Source: an uncultured delta proteobacterium (lineage in GTDB: Bacteria; Myxococcota_A; Polyangia; Palsa-1104). From it: a stretch of DNA of 64,000 bases. This document shows positions 21,038 through 29,908 of this stretch, one piece after another. Below the pieces are notes generated by a model. It was not told the DNA's origin. It did no database searches and worked only from the letters and a program-made list of their open reading frames with translations. The translations under genes were made by a program, and so were the position numbers. Numbering within the stretch: position 1 is the stretch's first letter; the number at the start of each line of letters is the position of its first letter. The stretch is taken from NCBI GenBank assembly GCA_963785725.1, contig CAWAWS010000039.1, forward strand, positions 32,001-96,000. The letters are read 5' to 3'.

Positions 21038-22378
21038 CTAAGACTTGACGGAGAACAATCGCCAGGTTCCTGGAACACCCTTCAACCGGCAATCGCCACG
21101 GTCCTCGAAACCGATCCCCGATCCTGCGACAAGGTCAGTAACGGTGCGAGAGACGAGCACCTCACCTGCGCCCGCCATTGCGGACACGCGTGCTGCAATG
21201 TGCACGGCCATGCCTGCTACGTCCTGACCTCGAAGTTCTACCTCACCGGTATGGAGACCAGCGCGAAGATCTATGCCGATACCTTTGACCGCTGCGGCAA
21301 TGGCACGGGCGCACTCAATAGCTCTCGCGGGCCCATCGAAGGTGGCCAGGGTGCCGTCTCCGGTGGTTTTTATCAAGCGACCTCGGAAACGCTCGAGCTG
21401 GCTTTGTACCGAGTAGTCGTAGCGGTTGAGTGAGTCGCGCCACTGTCGATCACCTTGCTGTGCCAGATGTTCTGTTGATCCAACGATGTCGGTGAAGAGA
21501 ACCGTGAGCAACACTCGATCGAGGACCCGCACGGGTGTGGTGCCGGTCAGAAACCGCTGTATTTCGTCCAGGAGCTCCTCGCTTTGACCGGCGAAAGGAA
21601 GATGGTCATTCCCGGAAAGTTCGACGAGATCGGCATCGGGGATGCGACCTGCAATAGTGCGACCGTGCTCGGAGCGGACGTGGCGATCTCCTTGTCTGGT
21701 GATCACGAGTGTCGGCGCCTGGATCGCTGGCAGCACGGAGGTGACATCGCTTTCCATCACGGCGCGAGTGCTTTCCGCCAGTACGTCCGGGCTCGCCGTA
21801 AGGCGTTCGATGCGCCCCCAATGTTTTCGTGCATTCTCCGTTTGGACCATGCTCGGCGCCAAGGTCTCTGTGCACACACCGGTGCCCCAAATCTCCTCGA
21901 TGGCTGAGACGTAGGCGGGAATGAGATCCGCGCTCAGTCCCCACGGGGTTGTGTCATCACGGGCGTATCGGGCGTAGGCATTGACGAGAACGAGGCTCCT
22001 TACTCGTTCGGGGTACGTCGCCGCAAAAAACATCGTCGCTCCGGTGCTTTCTCCCCACGAAAGGAAGGCCGCGCGGTCAGTCCCAACTGCGTCCATCACA
22101 GCGCCGATGTCGTCCTTCCATGCTTGTACTGCTGGAACGGCACCGGCGTCCAGCCGACCCGAGCTGCCAAATCCCCGCGGATCAAAGGTAATGAGACGGC
22201 AGAAGGAAGCCAAACGTGAAATGAATTGGCTCACTTCCGGCTCTTCCCAAATCAGCTCAATCGCCGCGCTTCCGGTTATGGGCATCACCAAGTCGATGGG
22301 GCCATCGCCCGAGACCTGATAGGCGAGGTAGGTCCCTTCGGCGGTCCTGGTGTAGCGAGTAGTAAGCGGTTCGGTCAT
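21038..22378 (-). CDS. Alpha/beta hydrolase fused to class III adenylate/guanylate cyclase (LipJ-like architecture)
   Basis: FDPRGFGSS hydrolase domain; VLFTDIVGST, GDG, RAGLHTGE, AARV cyclase motifs. Confidence 0.9.
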   Translation of the reverse strand: MTEPLTTRYTRTAEGTYLAYQVSGDGPIDLVMPITGSAAIELIWEEPEVSQFISRLASFCRLITFDPRGFGSSGRLDAGAVPAVQAWKDDIGAVMDAVGTDRAAFLSWGESTGATMFFAATYPERVRSLVLVNAYARYARDDTTPWGLSADLIPAYVSAIEEIWGTGVCTETLAPSMVQTENARKHWGRIERLTASPDVLAESTRAVMESDVTSVLPAIQAPTLVITRQGDRHVRSEHGRTIAGRIPDADLVELSGNDHLPFAGQSEELLDEIQRFLTGTTPVRVLDRVLLTVLFTDIVGSTEHLAQQGDRQWRDSLNRYDYSVQSQLERFRGRLIKTTGDGTLATFDGPARAIECARAIAAAVKGIGIDLRAGLHTGEVELRGQDVAGMAVHIAARVSAMAGAGEVLVSRTVTDLVAGSGIGFEDRGDCRLKGVPGTWRLFSVKS

Positions 22379-22547
22379 TGTTCACAGTCTCTCTTGCTCC
22401 AGCTCCGAGTGCTCGAACGCGGGCCGAGTCGCAAGATTGGACCGGTGGAGACTGCGCCGACCTGCGGTTGGCCTCATGTCTTTCTCAACTGACGGGGGGC
22501 TGATCCGACCGAGGAGATTGTCCCGGGCCATCGGTCACCAGCCAACT

Positions 22548-22580
22548 TGCCTCCCACCATCCCGCCGAACGGGGACACCC
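22548..22580 (+). repeat. Cassette-junction site copy
   Basis: tgcctcccaccatcccgccgaacggggacaccc, 20 nt before the MBL gene start. Confidence 0.55.
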
Positions 22581-22600
22581 TAAGAAGTAGGTTGCTGGCC

Positions 22601-23302
22601 GTGGCTCTATCGACGCTGCCGAAGATTGATCGTCTGGTCCTGGCGACCGTGACCACGGTGCCAGAGTGGCACCCCGAGCACGACACGTTCGTGCCCTTTC
22701 CGGTTCATGCGTGGCTCATTCGACACCCTGACGGGGCCATCTTGGTGGACACAGGCGTCGGAGTAGGCAACGAAGCAATCAACGAGTGGTACCACCCACG
22801 AACCACTTCGCTGTTCGATGCCCTCGCTGGAATCGGTGTCGCATCCTCGGACATCTCCGCCGTGATCATCTCTCATCTGCATTTTGACCACTGTGGTCAA
22901 CAGGGGGCGGTGCCAGCTCCTGTGTACGTGCAGGCCTCCGAGTTCGAGGTAGCCCAGACGCCGGGTTACACCGTGCCGGAGTGGGCGGCTATCCCCAACG
23001 ACCGGTTGCGGCTGGTACACGGGGACCAGCTAATTGCCGAGGGAATCTCCCTATTGGCCACACCAGGCCATACCCCCGGCCATCAATCGGTGCTTCTCGA
23101 AGCGGTGGGCGAGCGTGTTGTAATCGCAGCACAGTGCGCCTTTCGGGCAACGGAACTCCGTACCGGTGAACCAGTGCCTTCGAATTGCCACGGAGGAACC
23201 TGGGAGGTTGCGGCACGGGACTCCCTCGAACGCCTCCGCGCGCTCGCACCTGTTAGGGCGCATCTGAGCCACGACCCGGAGATCGTCGAAATCGCCAGGT
23301 GA
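22601..23302 (+). CDS. Metallo-beta-lactamase fold hydrolase (AHL-lactonase-like)
   Basis: SHLHFDHCG (HxHxDH), TPGHTPGHQS, SHD; GTG 7 nt after TAGGTT. Confidence 0.85.
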   Translation: MALSTLPKIDRLVLATVTTVPEWHPEHDTFVPFPVHAWLIRHPDGAILVDTGVGVGNEAINEWYHPRTTSLFDALAGIGVASSDISAVIISHLHFDHCGQQGAVPAPVYVQASEFEVAQTPGYTVPEWAAIPNDRLRLVHGDQLIAEGISLLATPGHTPGHQSVLLEAVGERVVIAAQCAFRATELRTGEPVPSNCHGGTWEVAARDSLERLRALAPVRAHLSHDPEIVEIAR

Positions 23303-23357
23303 CCCGACTGCGCCAGTAGGGCTCGATACTGCCCGCCTCCCGGCGTGCTGGGCTAGT
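23298..23357 (+). repeat. Two tandem cassette-junction sites
   Basis: ggtgacccgactgcgccagtagggctc (23298-23324, overlaps the MBL TGA) and actgcccgcctcccggcgtgctgggctagt (23328-23357, 2 nt from the AAA stop). Confidence 0.65.
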
Positions 23358-23359
23358 TG

Positions 23360-24472
23360 CTAGAGGTACTGGCCGATGGACGCCGTGGATGAAACCACAC
23401 CCTCGTGTCCCGCCCCCTGGCGCAGCGACAACAGCTCGGCCAACGTGGCCTCGACCTCTCGAGGAAGAGCCCGGTCGCCGAGCCACTTGCGGGCTTCGCT
23501 CGCAGTCAGCTTGCCGACCTCAACCTGCGCGATACAGCGACCTGGCCGGACGATGGCAGGGTGAAGCCGGGCAATGGGTTCGTTCGTCGTGAGAGCGATC
23601 AGAATTGACCTCCCCTGGCCCAGCAGACCGTCGGTCAAGTTGAGCAAACGAGCCAGACCCTGGCCGGATCGCTCCTTGGCGCCGGCCGTGATGAGCTCGT
23701 CACAGTCTTCAAGAATCAAGAGCCGTGACTTTGTTGCCTTCGGCTTCTCTTCCCGATCGTCCTCGGATTGGTCATCTTCTTCGCCCAGGGCGACATTGAG
23801 CAGGTACGCAGGGTCAGCAAACAGATGCTCTGGATCGACCACGTAGTCGAATCGGCACCAGCCTCGCCACGCGTCGGCCAACGCACGCAGCGCCGTGGTT
23901 TTACCAGTGCCCGGAGGGCCGTGGAGCAGCAGGAGCTTTCCGGACAGCAGGCCACGATTGCGTCCCATGAGGTCATCTAGAGCCCGCGCCGCGTTCTTCG
24001 TGTAGTTAGGTCGGATATCCTGCCAGGTCCGTACTTCGACCCGTCGCTCGTGGCGAACTGGGCCGTGACGCCCTTGGTGCCAAAACCCCACCGCAACCTT
24101 GGTGTGATCGATCGTTTTGGGTTCTTCGGCTCCCGCCTTCGAGGCATCGAGGATGTCTTTGGCCAACTGTTCGGATACCGCGAGCACGGTGATCCTGGCG
24201 TTTCCGTGAGCCCATCGAACGACGCTCGTAATCCAACCTGGGCCAGCCGCCAACACTGATCGGGTCCCGTCGAACATTGCGACCCGATCAGGCTCAATCC
24301 CCGGTGGCAACAGGCTGGCCCCGTCGCGGGCGCGAGACAACGTCACACTCCGTGCGTAGCGGTAGTGGCCTGAGATGTAGTGCTCGACAAAGAGCAGGTC
24401 GTTCGCATCGACAACCGAATCGGCGTCGTCGAAGGACATAACTCTTTGCGAGGTGCGTGGAATCTTGTTCAT
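23360..24472 (-). CDS. AAA+ ATPase (DUF5925-type N domain) with C-terminal GQYL
   Basis: Walker A GPPGTGKT, Walker B LLILEDCDE, sensor-1 TTN, Arg finger VRPGR; ends SIGQYL*. Confidence 0.85.
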   Translation of the reverse strand: MNKIPRTSQRVMSFDDADSVVDANDLLFVEHYISGHYRYARSVTLSRARDGASLLPPGIEPDRVAMFDGTRSVLAAGPGWITSVVRWAHGNARITVLAVSEQLAKDILDASKAGAEEPKTIDHTKVAVGFWHQGRHGPVRHERRVEVRTWQDIRPNYTKNAARALDDLMGRNRGLLSGKLLLLHGPPGTGKTTALRALADAWRGWCRFDYVVDPEHLFADPAYLLNVALGEEDDQSEDDREEKPKATKSRLLILEDCDELITAGAKERSGQGLARLLNLTDGLLGQGRSILIALTTNEPIARLHPAIVRPGRCIAQVEVGKLTASEARKWLGDRALPREVEATLAELLSLRQGAGHEGVVSSTASIGQYL

Positions 24473-24587
24473 TGTGCTTGCCTCTGGACGCGATGGCGCG
24501 TCCGATCGTCGACCAAAGGCACTCGGGCCAATGGTTCTGTTCCTACGGTTCGGGGTCAGGCGTATGCGATCGACGCCGACGGCTCGC

Positions 24588-24668
24588 TCAACCGAAGAAC
24601 GGGCGCGACAGCATCAGTCGTAGGCACCGGACGAAGTCCGAATGAATTGGTGCGATTGACTGAGCCAT
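24588..24668 (-). other. Possible 26-aa leader uORF upstream of the AAA ATPase
   Basis: ATG GCT CAG...TTC TTC GGT TGA (MAQSIAPIHSDFVRCLRLMLSRPFFG); preceded by TTGACT-N17-CAGAGT, followed by a hairpin. Confidence 0.3.
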
Positions 24669-24768
24669 AGTCGGCTCACTCTGACGAAACCCAACTTGAA
24701 AGTCAAGGGGAGTTTGAGGATTTGCAGGAACCACGCACGACGGGCGGGCTTGCCCATAAGTGCCGAAC

Positions 24769-24828
24769 TGCCAAACTGTCCTGGCGCAGTGGGCACCTTG
24801 ACCTGTTCACCGGGTCGACTACGGGCAG
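24769..24828 (+). repeat. Two tandem cassette-junction sites (degenerate)
   Basis: tgccaaactgtcctggcgcagtgggcacc (24769-24797) and ctgttcaccgggtcgactacgggcag (24803-24828). Confidence 0.5.
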
Positions 24829-24934
24829 TACCTCTTGCGCCTACTCGACATAGCCCTTCTGGGTGCCTTTCGAGATCAACGCGGACGGTCTTCGTATAGC
24901 TGCCGTCAACAGTCAGGTTGAGGCGATACCTCTT

Positions 24935-25432
24935 TCACTCATTCTCTGTGAACGTGTTTCTCACCCTTTTCGAGGTGAGGAAGTAGCAGAGGCCAACGAG
25001 ATAAGGAAGGACGTCGATCACCGTACCGACAGGGGACTTCGCTCCCATCAGGTGCCAGGAAACAACGATCGATGCCGACAAGATGTTGAAGACAATGTTG
25101 TTCGCAATCGCAGAGTGGCGTCTCTTAAACATCAAAGTGAACAAGACGACCGTGTACACAGCACCGGCGGTGTTTGTGAGCACGTAGTACAGCAGTCCAG
25201 CCAGCGGAATGAAGGTGTGCAGACCCACGATCGCCGGGTCTGAGTAGATGACGATCGCTCCCACCGTCAATCCGAGCCCGTGCACGACTAGGAATGCCAA
25301 GGCAATGACATAGAGCAGTAACCACCCGGCAATCCCTCGAGGTTCCCCGTGAAGCGAGTCGCGGGAGTGGAGGAGTGCCGGATCGCCCGTGCCGCCGTAG
25401 CGGGGTGAGCCCACATCGCCGCCGTCGGCCAT
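24935..25432 (-). CDS. Membrane protein (DUF2569-like)
   Basis: GIAGWLLL near the N-terminus, four TM segments, YFLTSKRVRNTF at the C-terminus. Confidence 0.65.
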   Translation of the reverse strand: MADGGDVGSPRYGGTGDPALLHSRDSLHGEPRGIAGWLLLYVIALAFLVVHGLGLTVGAIVIYSDPAIVGLHTFIPLAGLLYYVLTNTAGAVYTVVLFTLMFKRRHSAIANNIVFNILSASIVVSWHLMGAKSPVGTVIDVLPYLVGLCYFLTSKRVRNTFTENE

Positions 25433-25633
25433 GGTCACGATGTGAGCGAGAAGGGCGGCTGTTCTAACTCTTCTGCCATGCAGAGAATGGTGGCCAAGCC
25501 TGAGCACGATCACAATCGGGGATTACCCTTAAATGTCCCTGAGACCGAATTCGCTCGTCTGTGTCGCGCGGGAATTCTGATGATTTTGGAGCACGGTCGT
25601 CCGTGTCTGCACATCCTCGGAGAACCATCCTCG

Positions 25634-25708
25634 GCCTCCATCCTGGCCTCTGGAGGTACCCCGTGGCGCAAAGGGGTCACGCCCACTCCCGGCGATCAGG
25701 GATACCCC
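25634..25708 (+). repeat. Two tandem cassette-junction hairpin sites
   Basis: gcctccatcctggcctctggaggtacccc (25634-25662, stem GCCTCCA/TGGAGGT) and ggggtcacgcccactcccggcgatcagggatacccc (25673-25708). Confidence 0.7.
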
Positions 25709-25760
25709 GAGAGCGCCCTATCGGCACATCCCGGTCGCTCTGACCTGCCACCATGAATCC

Positions 25761-26285
25761 GTGACCGACAGCCGGTTCACCATCCGTCCGGCTCGCCCCG
25801 AGGACGCCCCACGTCTCCAACACATCGAGTTGGCCACCCAAGGCCAGTTCGCCGCCATCGGTTATGACCAGGTTGCTGCCAGCCCCCCGGACTCCATCGA
25901 GTTGCTGGTCGAGTATGCGCGGTCAGAACACTCCTGGGTAGCCGTGGTTGACAACGAGGTAGTGGGCTACATACTCGTAGGTGTCCTTGACAACGCCGCC
26001 CACATCTTTCACGTTTGCGTCCATCCCGGCCACCAGGGAATCGGGGTCGGGAAAGCACTTATTGAGAAGGTCAAGAGCTGGGCGCGTTCGGCAGGACGCC
26101 CGGCAATAACCCTGGCGACCTTCTATGAGGTGCCATGGAACGGTCCGCTCTACGAGCACCTCGGCTTCCGAGTGCTGGATGAGTCGGAACTGGGACCCGA
26201 GATGCTGGCCAGAGGGGAGCACGACGTGGCCGGAGGATTATCGCCTACGGGGCAGGTGACCATGCGGCTCGACCTCGACATCTGA
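25761..26285 (+). CDS. GNAT family N-acetyltransferase
   Basis: IRPARPED, VHPGHQGIGVGKAL acetyl-CoA motif, VPWNGPLYEHLGF. Confidence 0.9.
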   Translation: MTDSRFTIRPARPEDAPRLQHIELATQGQFAAIGYDQVAASPPDSIELLVEYARSEHSWVAVVDNEVVGYILVGVLDNAAHIFHVCVHPGHQGIGVGKALIEKVKSWARSAGRPAITLATFYEVPWNGPLYEHLGFRVLDESELGPEMLARGEHDVAGGLSPTGQVTMRLDLDI

Positions 26286-26397
26286 CCCAGGTTGGTCGGG
26301 CTGCGAGTCTGTACGAACAATCGGCATAGCCGACCGTCCGCAACTGCCGGTTACCGAGCGGGTCGACCCTTCCCCGCCCAGCCCGGAAGTGCCGCAG

Positions 26398-26432
26398 GGT
26401 GGCACGCTCCCGGCAGCGTACTGGGGGGCACC
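26398..26432 (+). repeat. Cassette-junction hairpin site copy
   Basis: ggtggcacgctcccggcagcgtactggggggcacc. Confidence 0.7.
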
Positions 26433-26454
26433 TGGACCAAGTCGGATTCAAGCA

Positions 26455-26835
26455 TCAGCTTCGAGGAGCGACGACGATGAGGGCGGACCCGAAATCGGAC
26501 AGCGTCCATGAGATCGGGGCCACGTACGACTTGCCGCTCGTGATTCCGTTAGGGAGCGCGAAGCGGACGACGTAGCCATCTCGCACTACCACTCGAGCTT
26601 GCGTGTCACGGGCTATAGAACCGGCCGGAGGATTGCCGCTTACTCCTTCACGGCTCACAGGCGCATAGACGATGACCTCGGGCAGCAGTGGAATGGACGG
26701 AATGGTGCAGATATACGTGCCACCGTGGACAGCTTCAATCTTGGCGTTCGTCAGAAGCCCAATCGGTGGGAGTCCAGCCACCCATGCGTAGCGGGCATCA
26801 AAGGGGTTACCCAGGAACAGGTTGTAGTTGTGGTT
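26455..26835 (-). pseudogene. 5'-truncated hypothetical gene fragment
   Basis: Open, protein-like frame ending ...WTLSDFGSALIVVAPRS*; its 5' end runs into the divergent sigma factor start with no credible start codon. Confidence 0.35.
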
Positions 26836-26869
26836 CACTCTATCGGTGGCACTTAGTCTGGGCACTGCC

Positions 26870-27865
26870 GTGACCACCGTCGTTGATCAGGATCTGGGCG
26901 ACCTCGAGCCCTATCGCCGCCCGCTGACCGCCTATTGCTACCGGATGCTTGGGTCCCCCCAAGACGCCGAGGATGCGGTGCAGGACACCTTCGTGCGGGC
27001 ATGGCGGGGCCTGGGGGGATTGGAGGACCGAACCGGGTTGCGCCCATGGCTGTATCGGATCGCTACGAACGTCTGCCTGGACATGGTGAAGGGTCGGGGA
27101 CGGCGCGCTCTGCCAATGGACCTCGCGCCGGCTAGCAGCGGGCGGCGATGGGAGTCTTCCCATGAGCTCGCTCTCGGCACCCCTCGCCCAGAGGCGACCT
27201 GGGTGCAGCCGATCCCCGACCACCTGGTCTCATCCCCGAACGCAGACCCGGCTGACGTCGCCGGGTTCCGAGAGTCGATCCGACTGGCGTTCATCGCCGC
27301 CCTCCAACACCTCATGCCCCGCCAGCGCGCCGTTCTGATCCTCCGTGACGTCCTGAGCTGGCGGGCTCACGAGGTGGCGACGCTGCTCGAGACCAGTGAG
27401 GACGCTGTCAACAGCACCCTGCGCCGTGCCCGGAGTGCCCTGGAGGCGGTCGACCCCGATGCCGTGCCGAGGGCGGCGACGGAGGCCGACCGTGAGCTCC
27501 TGTACCGCTACATCGAGGCATTCGAGCGCTACGACGTCGACTCGCTCGTGGCGCTGTTGCACGAAGACGCCAGTCTCAGCATGCCGCCCTACGAGCTGTG
27601 GCTCCGGGGCATCCCCGACATCCGTCGCTTCCTGGCCGCCCTGAAGGTCGAAGGCGGCCGCGACCAGGTAATCGAGGTCGCGGCCAATGGATGTCCGGCG
27701 CTGGCCGTATACCGATCTGCCGGCCCCTCCGGGGCGTTAGAACCATTCGAGATCCACGTGCTCGAGATCGCTGGCGGTCGCATTGTTGCGATTCACGCTT
27801 TTCTTGAACCGGCTCTATTTCCCGTCTTCGGACTCCCTCCGACGGCCGCACCGATCAGCGAATAG
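26870..27865 (+). CDS. ECF sigma-70 factor with SnoaL-like C-terminal extension (SigG-like)
   Basis: YCYRMLGS..DAEDAVQDTFVRAWR, WLYRIATNVCLD, QRAVLILRDVL, C-terminal DA..SMPP..W. Confidence 0.9.
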   Translation: MTTVVDQDLGDLEPYRRPLTAYCYRMLGSPQDAEDAVQDTFVRAWRGLGGLEDRTGLRPWLYRIATNVCLDMVKGRGRRALPMDLAPASSGRRWESSHELALGTPRPEATWVQPIPDHLVSSPNADPADVAGFRESIRLAFIAALQHLMPRQRAVLILRDVLSWRAHEVATLLETSEDAVNSTLRRARSALEAVDPDAVPRAATEADRELLYRYIEAFERYDVDSLVALLHEDASLSMPPYELWLRGIPDIRRFLAALKVEGGRDQVIEVAANGCPALAVYRSAGPSGALEPFEIHVLEIAGGRIVAIHAFLEPALFPVFGLPPTAAPISE

Positions 27866-28052
27866 GTGATGCCCACGTAGTCGGACTCGCCGAGTTCACC
27901 GCCCAAGCCTCGATGACGGAGTTTGGGGGCCGCCGGGATGCTGTCAGAGACTTCTCGAGCCGCGACGACTTTTGTGCTCCGGCGCAGTTGTACTCAGTGG
28001 GGAGCCGCGAAGGACGCCCTTCCCCGAGAACAGACCCAAGGAGGCAACACCG

Positions 28053-28325
28053 ATGCCTGTACTCATGATTGCCGAACAACCAAACATGGACGAGGCGACC
28101 TATGCCTCGATGTTGGAGCCGCTGATGCCGTTGCTGCGTTCGACGACGGGCTTCATTTCTCATGCCGGAGGTCAGAGTCCCGCCGGCGGAATGCGCATCA
28201 TCGAGATCTGGGAGTCCGAGGCGGACCAGCAGAAGTTTTTTGACGAGAACCTGAAGGCAGATCTTCCACCTGGACTTGTACCTGACCTCACGTATTCGGA
28301 GCTACACGCCGGATTCACTCGGTAG
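28053..28325 (+). CDS. Small dimeric alpha/beta-barrel (ABM-like) protein
   Basis: GFISHAGG..GGMRIIEIWESEAD; RBS AAGGAGG. Confidence 0.65.
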   Translation: MPVLMIAEQPNMDEATYASMLEPLMPLLRSTTGFISHAGGQSPAGGMRIIEIWESEADQQKFFDENLKADLPPGLVPDLTYSELHAGFTR

Positions 28326-28327
28326 GC

Positions 28328-28360
28328 GTAGCCTCGTCGCTTCGAGCCTGTCGAGGGGCC
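28328..28360 (+). repeat. Cassette-junction site, degenerate copy
   Basis: gtagcctcgtcgcttcgagcctgtcgaggggcc, 2 nt after the stop codon. Confidence 0.4.
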
Positions 28361-28685
28361 GATCAGAGGTGGAAGGGACACGAGCGCGCATGGCGGCGAG
28401 CCCCTTCCACTTCGGACGGCTCCTGCCAACGGCCCCTCTGTCCAACCTCAGCGGGAATCAGAACCCGCACGGGACCCGTTCTGAGGCAATGTTTTGCCAA
28501 CTCGAACCTACCCCCAAGCCCACATCGTTGGAACTAGTCGATGCAAAAATTATTGGGTCGACGCCGAGGCGCTGTCAGTCGAACTCGTCGAAAGGTTCGT
28601 CCAGTTCGACCCGGGTCACGTCTTGGCGCATAACCGGCAGCGGAGGCAGTCGATCTTCAGACTTGCGGCTACAGGTTGGCGAACT

Positions 28686-29057
28686 TCAGCGGCGAGCGAG
28701 CCGACGGCCGCTTTCCGTGCTGATCGGCGTGTAGTTCATCTCAAAGTGGTGATAGAGCTTTGATTCGTCGGCTTGCGAGAGTTCCTCGCCATGCATCTCG
28801 ATGTGGGGCGCAGACTTAACCTGCTCCTTCGTTACCGCGACCTGCAGGTCATCGGGACCGATCTGGATGTTGCCCAAAGGAACGAAGGCCAGGTGTCGGT
28901 CGAGAAAGCCCTCTTTGACAGTCGCAAACATCGGCTCGTCGGTCTCGACGTCAACGTAGACATCTTGCAGCTTTCCGATTTTCCCGCCGTTACGATCGAT
29001 CAGCATTTTGCCGTGCCATTCGGCCACATTCCATTGGGCTTCCTGATCGTCAGTCAT
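28686..29057 (-). CDS. PRC-barrel domain protein
   Basis: DRNGGKIGKLQDVYVD, FVPL, QVKSAP..ELS..DE..LY.HF; RBS GAGGAGG. Confidence 0.88.
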   Translation of the reverse strand: MTDDQEAQWNVAEWHGKMLIDRNGGKIGKLQDVYVDVETDEPMFATVKEGFLDRHLAFVPLGNIQIGPDDLQVAVTKEQVKSAPHIEMHGEELSQADESKLYHHFEMNYTPISTESGRRLARR

Positions 29058-29164
29058 AACAGCCTCCTCATCGTCTCTAAACACAGCCTACCGAGCGCAC
29101 TGTGTGCACATAGCAAAAAAAGCCCAGTGGAATCGGCTTGAAGTGCCGATCAGCCACCCTTGGC

Positions 29165-29198
29165 GACGCACCCCCTCCCGGCGTGCTGGGACACCCCC
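29165..29198 (+). repeat. Cassette-junction site copy
   Basis: gacgcaccccctcccggcgtgctgggacaccccc; core cctcccggcgtgctggg identical to the copy at 23336-23352. Confidence 0.7.
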
Positions 29199-29347
29199 GA
29201 AGGCAGCCGTCGTCGTGGCATTGTTATGCGGTGCTGGACTATTCGGGCGGCAGTCCGAAACGCATCGACATTGGTTTCATTCCGGCACCATCGGGTCCTC
29301 AGATGCACTTCTGGTAGGACGAGGAGGAGCACAGCTGCTTCATCATC

Positions 29348-29782
29348 ATGACCGAGTATGCCCCGGACATGGAGTCCCCAGATCGGGTTGAAACCGAGGC
29401 CCTGATCAGTGGAGTGGGCTGCGTTCAGAGCGTCTTCGGCTATCCGAACGAAGAGGCCTTCTGGAAGGACCCGAGAGGTGACTTCCGCCATGGTTGCTTT
29501 GAAATCGACGGATCAAAGTGGCATGAGAACATCGACGCCTACAACCTCAGATCGTTTGGGAACCACTATTGGCGTGACAACAGTCCTGCGCTGCATCACT
29601 ACTTCGTCGGATCCAAGGATGCCTCGTGTCAGTTCCTGGCAAGGAGTCTGGAGGTCGAACTCTTCCCAGGAAGGTCTCGCGGAGACATCATTCGGACCGT
29701 CTACGGACGACAGCGTGAGCAGTTCACAGAAACCCTGAGACGCATCAGAGAGATGCAACAGCACTCGCAGCCGAGCGAGTGA
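29348..29782 (+). CDS. Hypothetical protein
   Basis: 144-aa ORF with protein-like composition (FGYPNEEAF..LHHYFVGSKD); start uncertain; TGA lies inside a junction site. Confidence 0.55.
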   Translation: MTEYAPDMESPDRVETEALISGVGCVQSVFGYPNEEAFWKDPRGDFRHGCFEIDGSKWHENIDAYNLRSFGNHYWRDNSPALHHYFVGSKDASCQFLARSLEVELFPGRSRGDIIRTVYGRQREQFTETLRRIREMQQHSQPSE

Positions 29783-29807
29783 CCTCGTCCCGGTGAACTG
29801 GGGCACC
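29779..29807 (+). repeat. Cassette-junction hairpin site copy
   Basis: gtgacctcgtcccggtgaactggggcacc; GTG(a)CCTC pairs with GGGGCAC; overlaps TGA. Confidence 0.75.
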
Positions 29808-29908
29808 TCGGAGGTCGGTGAACAGCTCGACATTCAGAGCCAACCTAGGGGTATGGTCCCGCTTGGCAGTGGGGATTGGCCGAGCACAACGTACGGAGGT
29901 GGTGCCCA

